Assembly: GCA_002952755.1 (NCBI GenBank) | Contig: CP025011.1 | Coordinates: 840,001-872,000, forward strand | Length of the DNA stretch: 32,000 nucleotides | Direction: 5' to 3' | From: Candidatus Saccharimonadota bacterium | GTDB taxonomy: Bacteria > Patescibacteriota > Saccharimonadia > Saccharimonadales > UBA4665 | Part shown: positions 25,206 to 32,000 of the stretch, piece after piece | Layout: each line of letters opens with the position of its first letter | How positions within the stretch are numbered: position 1 is the stretch's first letter | Notes under the pieces: generated by a model | What the model saw: only the letters and a program-made list of their open reading frames with translations | Database searches by the model: none | What the model was told of the DNA's origin: nothing | Made by a program: the position numbers and the translations under genes

Positions 25206-25584
25206 ATTTATCGGTCAATGCGCCATATGTGCCGAATGGCATTGATCGAAGCTCGTCTAACGTCTCTTGATTTGCATCGTCCGACAAATTTTTAAAGATA
25301 CGCTCTAACTCATCATACGATACTTCGCTAATGTAGGCGCAGGTTGCCGTCCCTTCAATGCGCGGCCGCGCAGGCAAAAGCCAATCTGAAGCCGAGAGTT
25401 CAATACCGCCACTTACCAAGCGTGAGTTTACTACTCTGTTCTGCTGGTCAGCTGTGAACTGTTCTTTCATGGGTGAGTCATCCACCTTAGTTACTGTAAG
25501 TTCACCGCCAAAACAGTGCTGATAGAATTTCATCGCCTCTTCACAATTACCATCGAACAGAAAATAGGGGGTTGCTTTTGACAT
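25165..25584 (-). CDS. VOC superfamily protein, PhnB-like
   Basis: 139 aa. MSKATPYFLFDGNCEEAMKFYQHCFGGEL is typical of the PhnB/YjdN-type glyoxalase-fold family. Confidence 0.7.
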   Translation of the reverse strand: MSKATPYFLFDGNCEEAMKFYQHCFGGELTVTKVDDSPMKEQFTADQQNRVVNSRLVSGGIELSASDWLLPARPRIEGTATCAYISEVSYDELERIFKNLSDDANQETLDELRSMPFGTYGALTDKYGVRWMFQGEARK

Positions 25585-25650
25585 TTAGCGTCTCCTTTTA
25601 TAGCTAACATTTTAGCAATGCCTGCCGAGCGTTAATTGTATACAAGCGCC

Positions 25651-26490
25651 CTATATATATGCGATTCCACTTTCATCTTGGCGGAAATCGGCTACCGACT
25701 GTGTGATTGCCCTGGGAGACAACCATGAAAAAGCCTTCATATCTCGAATAAAATGAGCCTGGTCATAATAATTCAATGCATAGGCAATGTCTGATAATTT
25801 TTGGTATTGACCCGTCCACATAAGATGTAGGGCCATATTCACGCGCTTAACCTGTATGAACTTCTGAGGAGAACAGCCAATAAATAGTGCGAAGTGTTTT
25901 TGTAATAAGCGGCCCGCTATGCCAAGGTGCGTAGTTACGCCTTGTACGGTAACTGAAGTTATGTTTTGCTCGATGTACGCAACGGCATTCTCAACTATTG
26001 CATCCCGTTGTCCATGCTCTGCAAGCTGATCTTGTAAAAATCCCTCGATTATATGAACACGCTCCTTAATACTTATGGTAGCAAGAAGCTTATCTTGCAA
26101 TGAGGTCGCCCCAAAAGACTTCGGGCCGAGTGGCCTTGCAGTGACATCGCTGGCCCGCAATCCAAATACAGTCCGCAGTGCCCATGGATAAAAAGCGACC
26201 TGAAATGTCGTATAATTACCCGTCTTGAAGTACATAATGCTCGGTTCTAATCGACCTCCGTGTAAAAAGAGTGGGGGGAGGTCTATATATTGATGCGAGG
26301 GCGTCGCAATACGCTCAATGCAAGTCTCGTGCTCACCTATCTGAAAAACCATACCAGGCAGAGGCAGCGCACACGTTTTTATGGCGACCGCCTTACTTGC
26401 ATAACCCCGTGTAACTCGAATACCAGCGGCTACGGTTTGAATAGCCCGTGGCGCCGGGAAAAAGTCACTCCTTGGTATAAGTGATGGCAT
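25651..26490 (-). CDS. AraC family transcriptional regulator
   Basis: 279 aa. The C-terminal double HTH reads ..LLQKHFALFIGCSPQKF....IAYALNYYDQAHFIRDMKAFSWLSP. Confidence 0.8.
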   Translation of the reverse strand: MPSLIPRSDFFPAPRAIQTVAAGIRVTRGYASKAVAIKTCALPLPGMVFQIGEHETCIERIATPSHQYIDLPPLFLHGGRLEPSIMYFKTGNYTTFQVAFYPWALRTVFGLRASDVTARPLGPKSFGATSLQDKLLATISIKERVHIIEGFLQDQLAEHGQRDAIVENAVAYIEQNITSVTVQGVTTHLGIAGRLLQKHFALFIGCSPQKFIQVKRVNMALHLMWTGQYQKLSDIAYALNYYDQAHFIRDMKAFSWLSPRAITQSVADFRQDESGIAYI

Positions 26491-26565
26491 ATTCTCATTA
26501 TAGACAGGATAGAGGGAAAGCTAAGATAATTCGGATGACGAGAGCCCAGAGCAAATACGAATAGC

Positions 26566-26630
26566 GGTTCGAGAACAAGACAAATGCCTCAAAACTTGAG
26601 GTATTCTCGTATCTGTTACTGAGCTTGGCA
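26566..26630 (+). repeat. Repeat copy A (65-nt core with an internal hairpin)
   Basis: By hand alignment, 56 of 65 positions match 30208-30272, in the same orientation. It contains the hairpin AATGCCTCAA-aac-TTGAGGTATT. A weaker resemblance continues to about 26720. Confidence 0.75.
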
Positions 26631-26714
26631 AGGGGGCGTGGGAATCTAACTTTCGAAGGGGGCGACTTGGGAATTTGGTGCCGCAGAGATGCGTGAAATC
26701 CTTGGATGGCCGAG

Positions 26715-27806
26715 CTATGATGCGACGCGTGCAACTTTTTCTAGATAGCGTTTAATAACATTCGGGAATTGCGCCAACCCCCGTTTATCGATCCACTCTT
26801 CCTCGCTATGGCGTCCGCCGCCCGGCGGCGACGTGACGATGCAAGGTATACCACGCGCCAAGAAGTACCTGGCATCGCTCGCGCCGAAGGACACAAATTC
26901 TTTCGCTTGTACTCCCGTTACTTCTTGGATGGATTCTGCGAAAGGTTTTACGAGCTCATGCTGATGATTGTGTACAATGGGCGGTACCCAGAGTGCTTCT
27001 TCGATTATTGCCCGGTGTTTATGAGCCAGCATATCTAGTCGATCTTTGATGGCCCTGTATCCAGTTTCCTCGAGCAAACGAATGTCTAGCGTCGCTTCAG
27101 CTACGTTGGGCAATTGGTTCCAGGCGCTTGCACCACTTTGTATAAAGCCGATATTTAACGTATTGGTGGCTGGGCCATGATCTGTAAAGTCAGATTTGAG
27201 TTCATAGAGGAAGTCGACCATTCGCATTGATGCGCTGTCGCCCTCCCAGGGTCGCGAGCCATGACTGCTCTTACCTTCGATCCGCACTCGTCCACTCCAA
27301 ACGCCTTTGGCTACGGACTCGACCTGCCAGTCATTACTTCCATCGGGTAGAACCGCCACCTCACAACTAAAGCCGTTCTTTAGCAATTTTTCGGTCTGAT
27401 TATCGGTTCCTTCGTCGTCGGTGAAGATCATAATGCCAAAATTGTAGGCCGCAAGCTCATCAGCTAATAGATCGGTGGCGGTCATAAATGCAGCTATAGC
27501 GTGCTTCATATCCCAAACACCCCGGCCATATAACTTGCCGTCTTTTTCAGTAACGATGAAGAGATGTTCAGGGGCGGGCACAACATCCAGGTGAGCCACC
27601 AGCATGACCTTGGGCTGCTTGATGTCGCGGGTTGTGGCGACAAGGCTGCCATGGCCGTTATTGCTTTGGCGATGGATATGCATTCCTCGTTCTTTTAGGT
27701 AGCTTTCTATAAAAGTCAATCCGGCATTATTGCTATCGAAGTCGCCCGTAACAGAGCGAATGGCTACTAAGTCGCGGAGAATACTTTCCGTAGATACTCT
27801 ATTCAT
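26715..27806 (-). CDS. M20 family metallopeptidase / deacylase (ArgE/DapE/CPG2-like)
   Basis: Shows LRDLVAIRSVTGD, AHLDVVP, GRGVWDMK, TDDEG and HGSRPWEG. The start is uncertain: ATG 27806 (MNRVS) fits the family N-terminus, while the track uses 27881. Confidence 0.8.
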   Translation of the reverse strand: MNRVSTESILRDLVAIRSVTGDFDSNNAGLTFIESYLKERGMHIHRQSNNGHGSLVATTRDIKQPKVMLVAHLDVVPAPEHLFIVTEKDGKLYGRGVWDMKHAIAAFMTATDLLADELAAYNFGIMIFTDDEGTDNQTEKLLKNGFSCEVAVLPDGSNDWQVESVAKGVWSGRVRIEGKSSHGSRPWEGDSASMRMVDFLYELKSDFTDHGPATNTLNIGFIQSGASAWNQLPNVAEATLDIRLLEETGYRAIKDRLDMLAHKHRAIIEEALWVPPIVHNHQHELVKPFAESIQEVTGVQAKEFVSFGASDARYFLARGIPCIVTSPPGGGRHSEEEWIDKRGLAQFPNVIKRYLEKVARVAS

Positions 27807-27881
27807 GGCGTTAATAATAGCAAAGTTTGGTTGATTCGTTTCGCCTGGGGGGTGGAAACAAACTTTTGATCCCTCCGACAT

Positions 27882-27899
27882 CGTGCACGACGTGCACGA
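27882..27899. repeat. Tandem duplicated 9-mer, each copy containing an 8-bp palindrome
   Basis: CGTGCACGA CGTGCACGA, where CGTGCACG is self-complementary. It lies upstream of the M20 gene. Confidence 0.5.
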
Positions 27900-28098
27900 A
27901 TCCCTAAATTATTTGACGGGCATAAGCCCAAAGAAACAAAGGAGCCAAGACAACGATAGCTTGGTTGTGCCGCTACTTCGAAAGTTCACCGGCAGGATTG
28001 CTCGCTTCACAACTCTACACAGAACAGATCTTTTACCGGGCGCTTACGCGGGAGGTATATATCCCTGGAGTTACAACCTGCCCAGGGATGACTGCCCC

Positions 28099-28497
28099 TC
28101 ACCACTTGACGGGTCGGTCCGCAGGTATCTTGAAATATCCAAAATAGAGAAGCAGAAGACCGAGTGTCGTTCGAAGGGTCATGTTCGGTACAACAGCTCC
28201 CGCTTCTATGCCCTGCGTAGTGGCATGTAATTCCTCAAAGACAGAAGCAAAGTGGAAGATCGCAAAGGCGAGCGACATTAATCGAACGGACTTAGCATCC
28301 TTAATAGTCATTATTGCAAGGCTGAGAAATCCAATGGGTAGTTCTGCCGCCCCAAGCATATACGGGGCAAGATTCTCACTATGGGAGATGGTGACGCCAA
28401 CCCATTTAAAGAGAACAGGGGGAAAGAAACTCCCGAGGATGAAAGCTGCAATCGTTAAGAATGCATTGATGGCAAGTATTATTTTAAGTGGTTTCAT
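28099..28497 (-). CDS. Small integral membrane protein (about 4 TM), no family recognised
   Basis: 132 aa, strongly hydrophobic, with an ATG start. Its start lies 5 nt downstream of the stop codon of the upstream DUF2130 fragment. Confidence 0.6.
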   Translation of the reverse strand: MKPLKIILAINAFLTIAAFILGSFFPPVLFKWVGVTISHSENLAPYMLGAAELPIGFLSLAIMTIKDAKSVRLMSLAFAIFHFASVFEELHATTQGIEAGAVVPNMTLRTTLGLLLLYFGYFKIPADRPVKW

Positions 28498-28502
28498 AGA
28501 TG

Positions 28503-29129
28503 CTAGATGGTGTCTTCGTCTAAGTCAGCAAACTTTTTAGCCATAGTAGGGTTGTCGCGAGTCAGGCGCTTAACTGAAACGTTCTCCACCTTATTGCCCG
28601 CCGTAAGCAAATGCTTGTTGGACAGGCGCAGCGCCTCTTTCACGCCTTCTAGTTTTTTAATCGTTGCATCAATGCCATCCATTGCTTCTTGGAACTTGTT
28701 ACTAGAGTCCTTGACGTTTTTCATGAAGCCATCTTGGAATAGCTGCAACTCATTCTCGAAATTAGTAATGTCTATGCTCTGCGAGCGGATAAGGGCGAGT
28801 TCAGACTTATAGCGCATTGAGTTTAAGGCCGCATTACGAAGTACAGTTATGATTGGTATGAAGAACTGCGGCCGTACTACGTACATCCTCTCATGTTTGT
28901 GCGAGACATCCACGATACCGGTGTTGTACAGCTCATTATCTGCCTCTAGCAGCGTTACCAACACTGCATACTCACACTTCTTCTCCATACGGTCTTTATC
29001 CAGCTCCTTGAAGAAAGCTTCGTTGGTTTTCTTAGTAGCGGTCTCGTCGCCTTCGTTCTTCATTTCGAACATAATTGAGATGATTTCGTTGCCATCCTCG
29101 TCTAATTCGCGGTAGATGTAGTGGGGCAA
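28503..29129 (-). pseudogene. DUF2130-family gene, 5'-truncated (C-terminal half only)
   Basis: The 208 aa contain ISIMFEMKNE..FFKELDKDR..CEYAVLVTLLE..YN.GIVDV..MYVVRPQFFIPI, which I recall as the C-terminal half of roughly 400-aa DUF2130 proteins. The only start is a TTG with no RBS. The in-frame upstream sequence turns into repeat copy C and hits TAG within 28 codons. Confidence 0.5.
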
Positions 29130-29285
29130 TTCGACGACAATTACCTGGCAGAGTACACGTCCAGCGTTGGAAACCCCTTGCTGGCGGACTTTCTCCTGGT
29201 GGGACGAAAGCTAGAGAAGCTAGGATTTAGCTACTACAAAGGCATATTACAGTCATTACTTTGGAGTTGGAATGTGCCTAATTAA
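29121..29285 (+). repeat. Repeat copy C (distal half of the repeat; 54-codon plus-strand ORF)
   Basis: The translation ..NYLAEYTSSVGNPLLADFLLVGRKLEKLGFSY.. aligns with copy B ..SLAE/YVLRWEPLLSDFLLVSQQLEMLGFVY... Many of the differences are synonymous (for example ttg ctg gcg gac ttt ctc ctg gtg versus ctg cta tcc gat ttt ctc tta gtt). Confidence 0.6.
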
Positions 29286-30021
29286 TTCCTTCCACTGCGT
29301 AAGAAACCTTAGTAATGCCCTTTTTGCTCTTGATTTTAGAAATCGTGATGCGGCCAATGTCGTGCACGTCTTTAACGTGCGTACCACCACAAGGGATGCC
29401 AAAGGTTTCATCATACAGCACCACGCGCGCGGGTTTGTTGGTAGGGATATTTTCTGGAACATGTTTGCAGACGGTATGCATTTCAGAAACGGGCATAAAA
29501 CGGATTTCGTTGTGGCTACCTTTGGCGATTATCTCGTTCGCAACTTTTTCAATATCTTTTTTGATCGCTTCCGCTTCTTCGGGAGTAATTTCGGCGTCAT
29601 ATTCCACAAAACTCATGTGCGGATAGTGAGCGCCTTTTCCGGCAACCCAAGGAAGTCTAAGTCGTTCCACGACCATATCTACCAGGTGCCCAGCAGAATG
29701 CAAGCGAGTATTGATCTCACGACGCTCTATATCTACAGAACACTTTACCTTATCGTCAACCTTCAACTCGCCAGACTGATATGTGCCGATGTGGTGTACG
29801 ACGCCGCTTTCATCAAGTCGTACTTCCTCGACCTGAAACTTTGCGCCACTGTTATTGCTTATGATGCCGGTGTCCCAATCCTGGCCACCACCACGCGGGT
29901 AAAAACACGTTTCATCAAGGACAATGTCTGTTCGGTTATCTTCGGTAGTATGTATGCTTTCAACTTTGGCGTCGCAGGTTACTACGTCAAAATCTTCCAA
30001 ATAAGTCAGTTTCGTTGCCAT
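29278..30021 (-). CDS. AlaX-type alanyl-tRNA editing protein (free-standing Ala/Thr-tRNA synthetase editing and SAD domain)
   Basis: 247 aa. Shows the zinc/editing motifs HSAGHLV (HxxxH) and IPCGGTHV (CxxxH). Confidence 0.8.
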   Translation of the reverse strand: MATKLTYLEDFDVVTCDAKVESIHTTEDNRTDIVLDETCFYPRGGGQDWDTGIISNNSGAKFQVEEVRLDESGVVHHIGTYQSGELKVDDKVKCSVDIERREINTRLHSAGHLVDMVVERLRLPWVAGKGAHYPHMSFVEYDAEITPEEAEAIKKDIEKVANEIIAKGSHNEIRFMPVSEMHTVCKHVPENIPTNKPARVVLYDETFGIPCGGTHVKDVHDIGRITISKIKSKKGITKVSYAVEGIN

Positions 30022-30203
30022 ATATTATTCCTTCAAGCTTCTGAGGGTTACTACAATAAAATATACGTGATACATAAGAATAATACGCCCTACAGGGCGA
30101 GGAGAAGTTGCAAGTTAAGGCGTTGCTTGCTCATTGATATCTACCATATCACTATTCATGCCAGACGTAAACAGAAAAGGATTTGTATCTTACGACAGGC
30201 GGC

Positions 30204-30397
30204 ATGAGGTTCGAGAATAAGGCAAATGCCTCAGATTTTGAGGCATTTTTATATCTGTTACTGAGCTTGGCAGAGAGTACGTCCTGCGCTGGGAACCCCT
30301 GCTATCCGATTTTCTCTTAGTTAGCCAACAGCTTGAAATGCTAGGGTTTGTTTATGATCGCGGTGACGTTGTCGTTATTGCATCTCCAGATAAATAA
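30204..30397 (+). pseudogene. Repeat copy B: small ORF (about 63 codons if repaired) interrupted by a 2-nt frameshift, with an embedded perfect 10-bp hairpin
   Basis: ATG 30204 reads MRFENKANASDFEAFLYLLLSLAE. An extra AG in GCAGAG(AG)TAC at about 30273-30277, relative to copy C, shifts the frame. The conserved tail continues in the other frame to TAA at 30395-30397. Hairpin: AAATGCCTCA-gattt-TGAGGCATTT, followed by TTAT. Confidence 0.5.
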
Positions 30398-30406
30398 GAC
30401 GAGAGT

Positions 30407-31405
30407 CTAGCTATCCAAGATCACTCGCTGAGTGATCACTTCACGTACAATATCTTCAAGTCTCGGCTCGCTAATCGTTACGTCTATCACTTTGAAATTT
30501 GCTAGCAATTCGGCTGCTATCATTGAAGTTTTGGGTGTAGGGGTCTTTAGGATAACAGTTGGCCCTGCAAGTTCAATGATGTCGCCATACTTTGCAAGGT
30601 TTTGGCGTGTCGCAGTCTCAGCAAGCGTAAGATTCAGCGTTTTGTGTGTTGCATACTGCTGGATAAGTTGGTCTATCTTTCCGTCAAAGAACACTTTGCC
30701 ATGATCAATGATAATAATTCGTTCACAAATTTCTTTTACATCATCCATGTAGTGCGACGTCAGCATAACAGTGGCACCGTACCGCTTATTGTAGGCCTTG
30801 ATAAACTCGCGTATCCTTTGTTGCACAACAACGTCCAGTCCAAGTGTAGGCTCATCTAGGAACAGCACCTTTGGCGTATGTATAAGTGCTGCAACGAATT
30901 CGCACTTCATCCTTTGGCCAAGGCTTAGACGTCGTACCTGTGTATGGAGAATGTCTTTGAGATCGAGTAGCTCAACCAATTCATCCAGTACTTCTCGGTA
31001 ATGCTTTTCCGGCACCTCGTAGATGTCGCGGTTGAGGTTAAAACTATCAATGGCAGGGATATCCCATAGCAGTTGGTTCTTCTGGCCCATAACGAAACTA
31101 ATCTGTTTGAGATAGCCGACTTTGCGCTCGGCCGGACGATAGCCCAGCACCTCGACGCTTCCACCACTCGGCTCCAGTAAACCGCTCAACATTTTAAGTG
31201 TCGTTGTCTTGCCTGCGCCATTTGAGCCAATAAAGCCGACCAGTTCACCAGGGTGAATGCTAAAGCTAACGTCCTTCACCGCAGGAATGGTCGTGTACTC
31301 ACGGTGTACAAGCGCCTTGAGGCTGCCTTTAACGCCTTCTTCTTTACGGTGCATCTTATGCTCTTTTGAGAGTTTATTCACTAAGATAATTGGTTCCGAT
31401 TTCAT
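30407..31405 (-). CDS. ABC transporter ATP-binding protein (ABC-2 exporter type)
   Basis: 332 aa. Shows GSNGAGKTT, LSLGQRMKCEF and LFLDEPTLGLD. Confidence 0.9.
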   Translation of the reverse strand: MKSEPIILVNKLSKEHKMHRKEEGVKGSLKALVHREYTTIPAVKDVSFSIHPGELVGFIGSNGAGKTTTLKMLSGLLEPSGGSVEVLGYRPAERKVGYLKQISFVMGQKNQLLWDIPAIDSFNLNRDIYEVPEKHYREVLDELVELLDLKDILHTQVRRLSLGQRMKCEFVAALIHTPKVLFLDEPTLGLDVVVQQRIREFIKAYNKRYGATVMLTSHYMDDVKEICERIIIIDHGKVFFDGKIDQLIQQYATHKTLNLTLAETATRQNLAKYGDIIELAGPTVILKTPTPKTSMIAAELLANFKVIDVTISEPRLEDIVREVITQRVILDS

Positions 31406-31415
31406 CGCTTACTCC

Positions 31416-32000
31416 TTAGCTTCCAGCTGACGAATACCGCCGGATCATGTGTTTCCAAATAGTTACAGCGAGCCCTAGCAATCCACAGGCCAGGATTGGC
31501 GCTAATGCAATGAGAGCGACGTCAAGCCGTCTCGTGATTGCTGCCGCCGGAACGCTTGAGATAAACACAACGGGTAGCACGTAGTACAAAATAATCCTCG
31601 TGGCACCCTGATAAGCATCCATCGGGTTCGACTTAAAGTCGACGGCAATGCTGCCAGCGATCTTAGGAATGGCCGTTGCATTGACGAAATAGAAGCATAA
31701 GCCTACTAGTATGATCGACATGGCATAGGCAATCACTAGCCCGCAGACAAACAAGCCCAAGCCTAACGCCACGCGGCCAATAGATATGTGTTGACCGAGC
31801 CGTATAAGCGCGAATATCATAAGCCCAAAACCTGGCAACGTTGCTAAAAACCCTGATATATACGGCTTCGACAGGCTGAGATTAAACAGCGGGCTGATCG
31901 GCTTAAGTAGGGCAAAGTCTACATCTCCGTCTTTGATGGCTGCCGGTAATCGCCATAGGCCAAATATGTAGATCGCGCTTAAAATAAGCTCCGACGCCAC
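31416..32000 (-). CDS. ABC-2 family transporter permease (N-terminus beyond the window)
   Basis: Multi-TM ORF open to the window edge, ending 10 nt upstream of the ATPase start. A permease-ATPase operon arrangement. Confidence 0.65.
   Translation of the reverse strand: MASELILSAIYIFGLWRLPAAIKDGDVDFALLKPISPLFNLSLSKPYISGFLATLPGFGLMIFALIRLGQHISIGRVALGLGLFVCGLVIAYAMSIILVGLCFYFVNATAIPKIAGSIAVDFKSNPMDAYQGATRIILYYVLPVVFISSVPAAAITRRLDVALIALAPILACGLLGLAVTIWKHMIRRYSSAGS

Noticed and set aside
26566-26580. GGTTCGAGAA at the start of repeat copies A and B looked like a tRNA T-arm (GGTTCGA), suggesting a tRNA fragment or att site of an integrated element.
   Set aside because: The flanking bases cannot form a T-stem, acceptor stem or CCA context. 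No integrase is present, and no tRNA gene is in the window.
26498-26734. A 78-aa minus-strand ORF covering repeat copy A. Its segment AKLSNRYENTSSFEAFVLFSN resembles the minus-strand translation of copy B.
   Set aside because: The similarity follows from the palindromic hairpin reading similarly on both strands. The minus-strand alignment is not collinear outside the core, and in copy B it hits a TAG upstream. The plus-strand frame shows the synonymous-substitution pattern instead.
4116-27881. N-terminal extensions given by the ORF track for several genes (track starts at 4116, 12960, 14371, 15301, 19931, 20452, 20929, 24821 and 27881).
   Set aside because: In most cases an internal ATG is preceded by a GGAG-type RBS, gives the canonical family N-terminus, and/or creates the 1- or 4-nt overlap seen throughout the operon. 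The extended versions overlap neighbouring genes or operators.
27883-28230. A 115-aa plus-strand ORF and a nested 60-aa ORF between the M20 gene and the membrane-protein gene.
   Set aside because: They start at GTG/TTG with no RBS, overlap the 3' end of the 28099-28497 gene in antisense, and show no motifs. They are probably spurious.
29272-30207. A 311-aa plus-strand ORF.
   Set aside because: It is antisense to the well-supported AlaX gene (HxxxH and CxxxH motifs). Its sequence is low-complexity and rich in F, I and R, with no motifs. It is a typical shadow ORF.
1-32000. Scanned for CRISPR repeats, IS or transposase, integrase, phage structural genes, retron or DGR reverse transcriptases, and recognisable toxin-antitoxin pairs.
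   Set aside because: No regularly spaced repeats and no ORF with the corresponding motifs were seen. The only repeats are the three-copy hairpin module, the 9-mer tandem at 27882, and a 10-bp tandem (ACTGACGCGT x2, about 262-281) inside the first gene. That last repeat simply encodes ..SVRVS..

Overview
The window is a gene-dense bacterial chromosomal segment that uses the standard genetic code. Most genes lie on the minus strand, most have GGAG-type ribosome-binding sites, and many adjacent genes overlap by 4 nt. I found no rRNA, tRNA, CRISPR array, transposase or integrase. The lineage cannot be assigned from sequence alone. The gene content looks Actinobacteria-like or like a Saccharibacteria/CPR episymbiont, but that is only an inference.

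From left to right the window contains:
- A long minus-strand ORF (1-2391, at least 797 codons) that is missing from the supplied ORF track because its stop lies outside the window. Its N-terminus carries a WhiB-like four-cysteine motif.
- A LOG-family gene, then a DUF998-like membrane protein gene divergent from a TetR regulator gene, with a perfect 13-bp inverted repeat between them.
- An APS kinase gene divergent from a PAPS-type sulfotransferase gene, followed by a methyltransferase, an APH-fold kinase and a second methyltransferase.
- A 515-bp intergenic region holding a sharply GC-rich island of about 270 nt whose identity I could not determine.
- A secreted Tap-like alpha/beta-hydrolase peptidase and a MerR/SDR pair.
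- A run of 10 translationally coupled genes for small enzymes (up to 12 if two more genes lying beyond a 136-bp gap belong to it). It is headed by two tandem SET-domain genes, one of them fused to a VOC/glyoxalase domain.
- An ABC-F gene preceded by a terminator/attenuator leader.
- A TetR plus FAD-monooxygenase pair, a PhnB-like VOC protein and an AraC regulator.
- A region with signs of rearrangement: three diverged copies of a repeat containing a hairpin and a small ORF, a 5'-truncated DUF2130 gene, an M20 peptidase and a free-standing AlaX.
- An ABC-2 exporter that runs off the right edge.

The strongest leads are the oversized WhiB-like protein, the SET / SET-VOC-led operon, the sulfation module that lacks a sulfurylase, the GC-rich island, and the overall concentration of genes for drug modification, drug protection and drug-sensing regulators. 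All family assignments come from motif recognition by eye, not from database searches.
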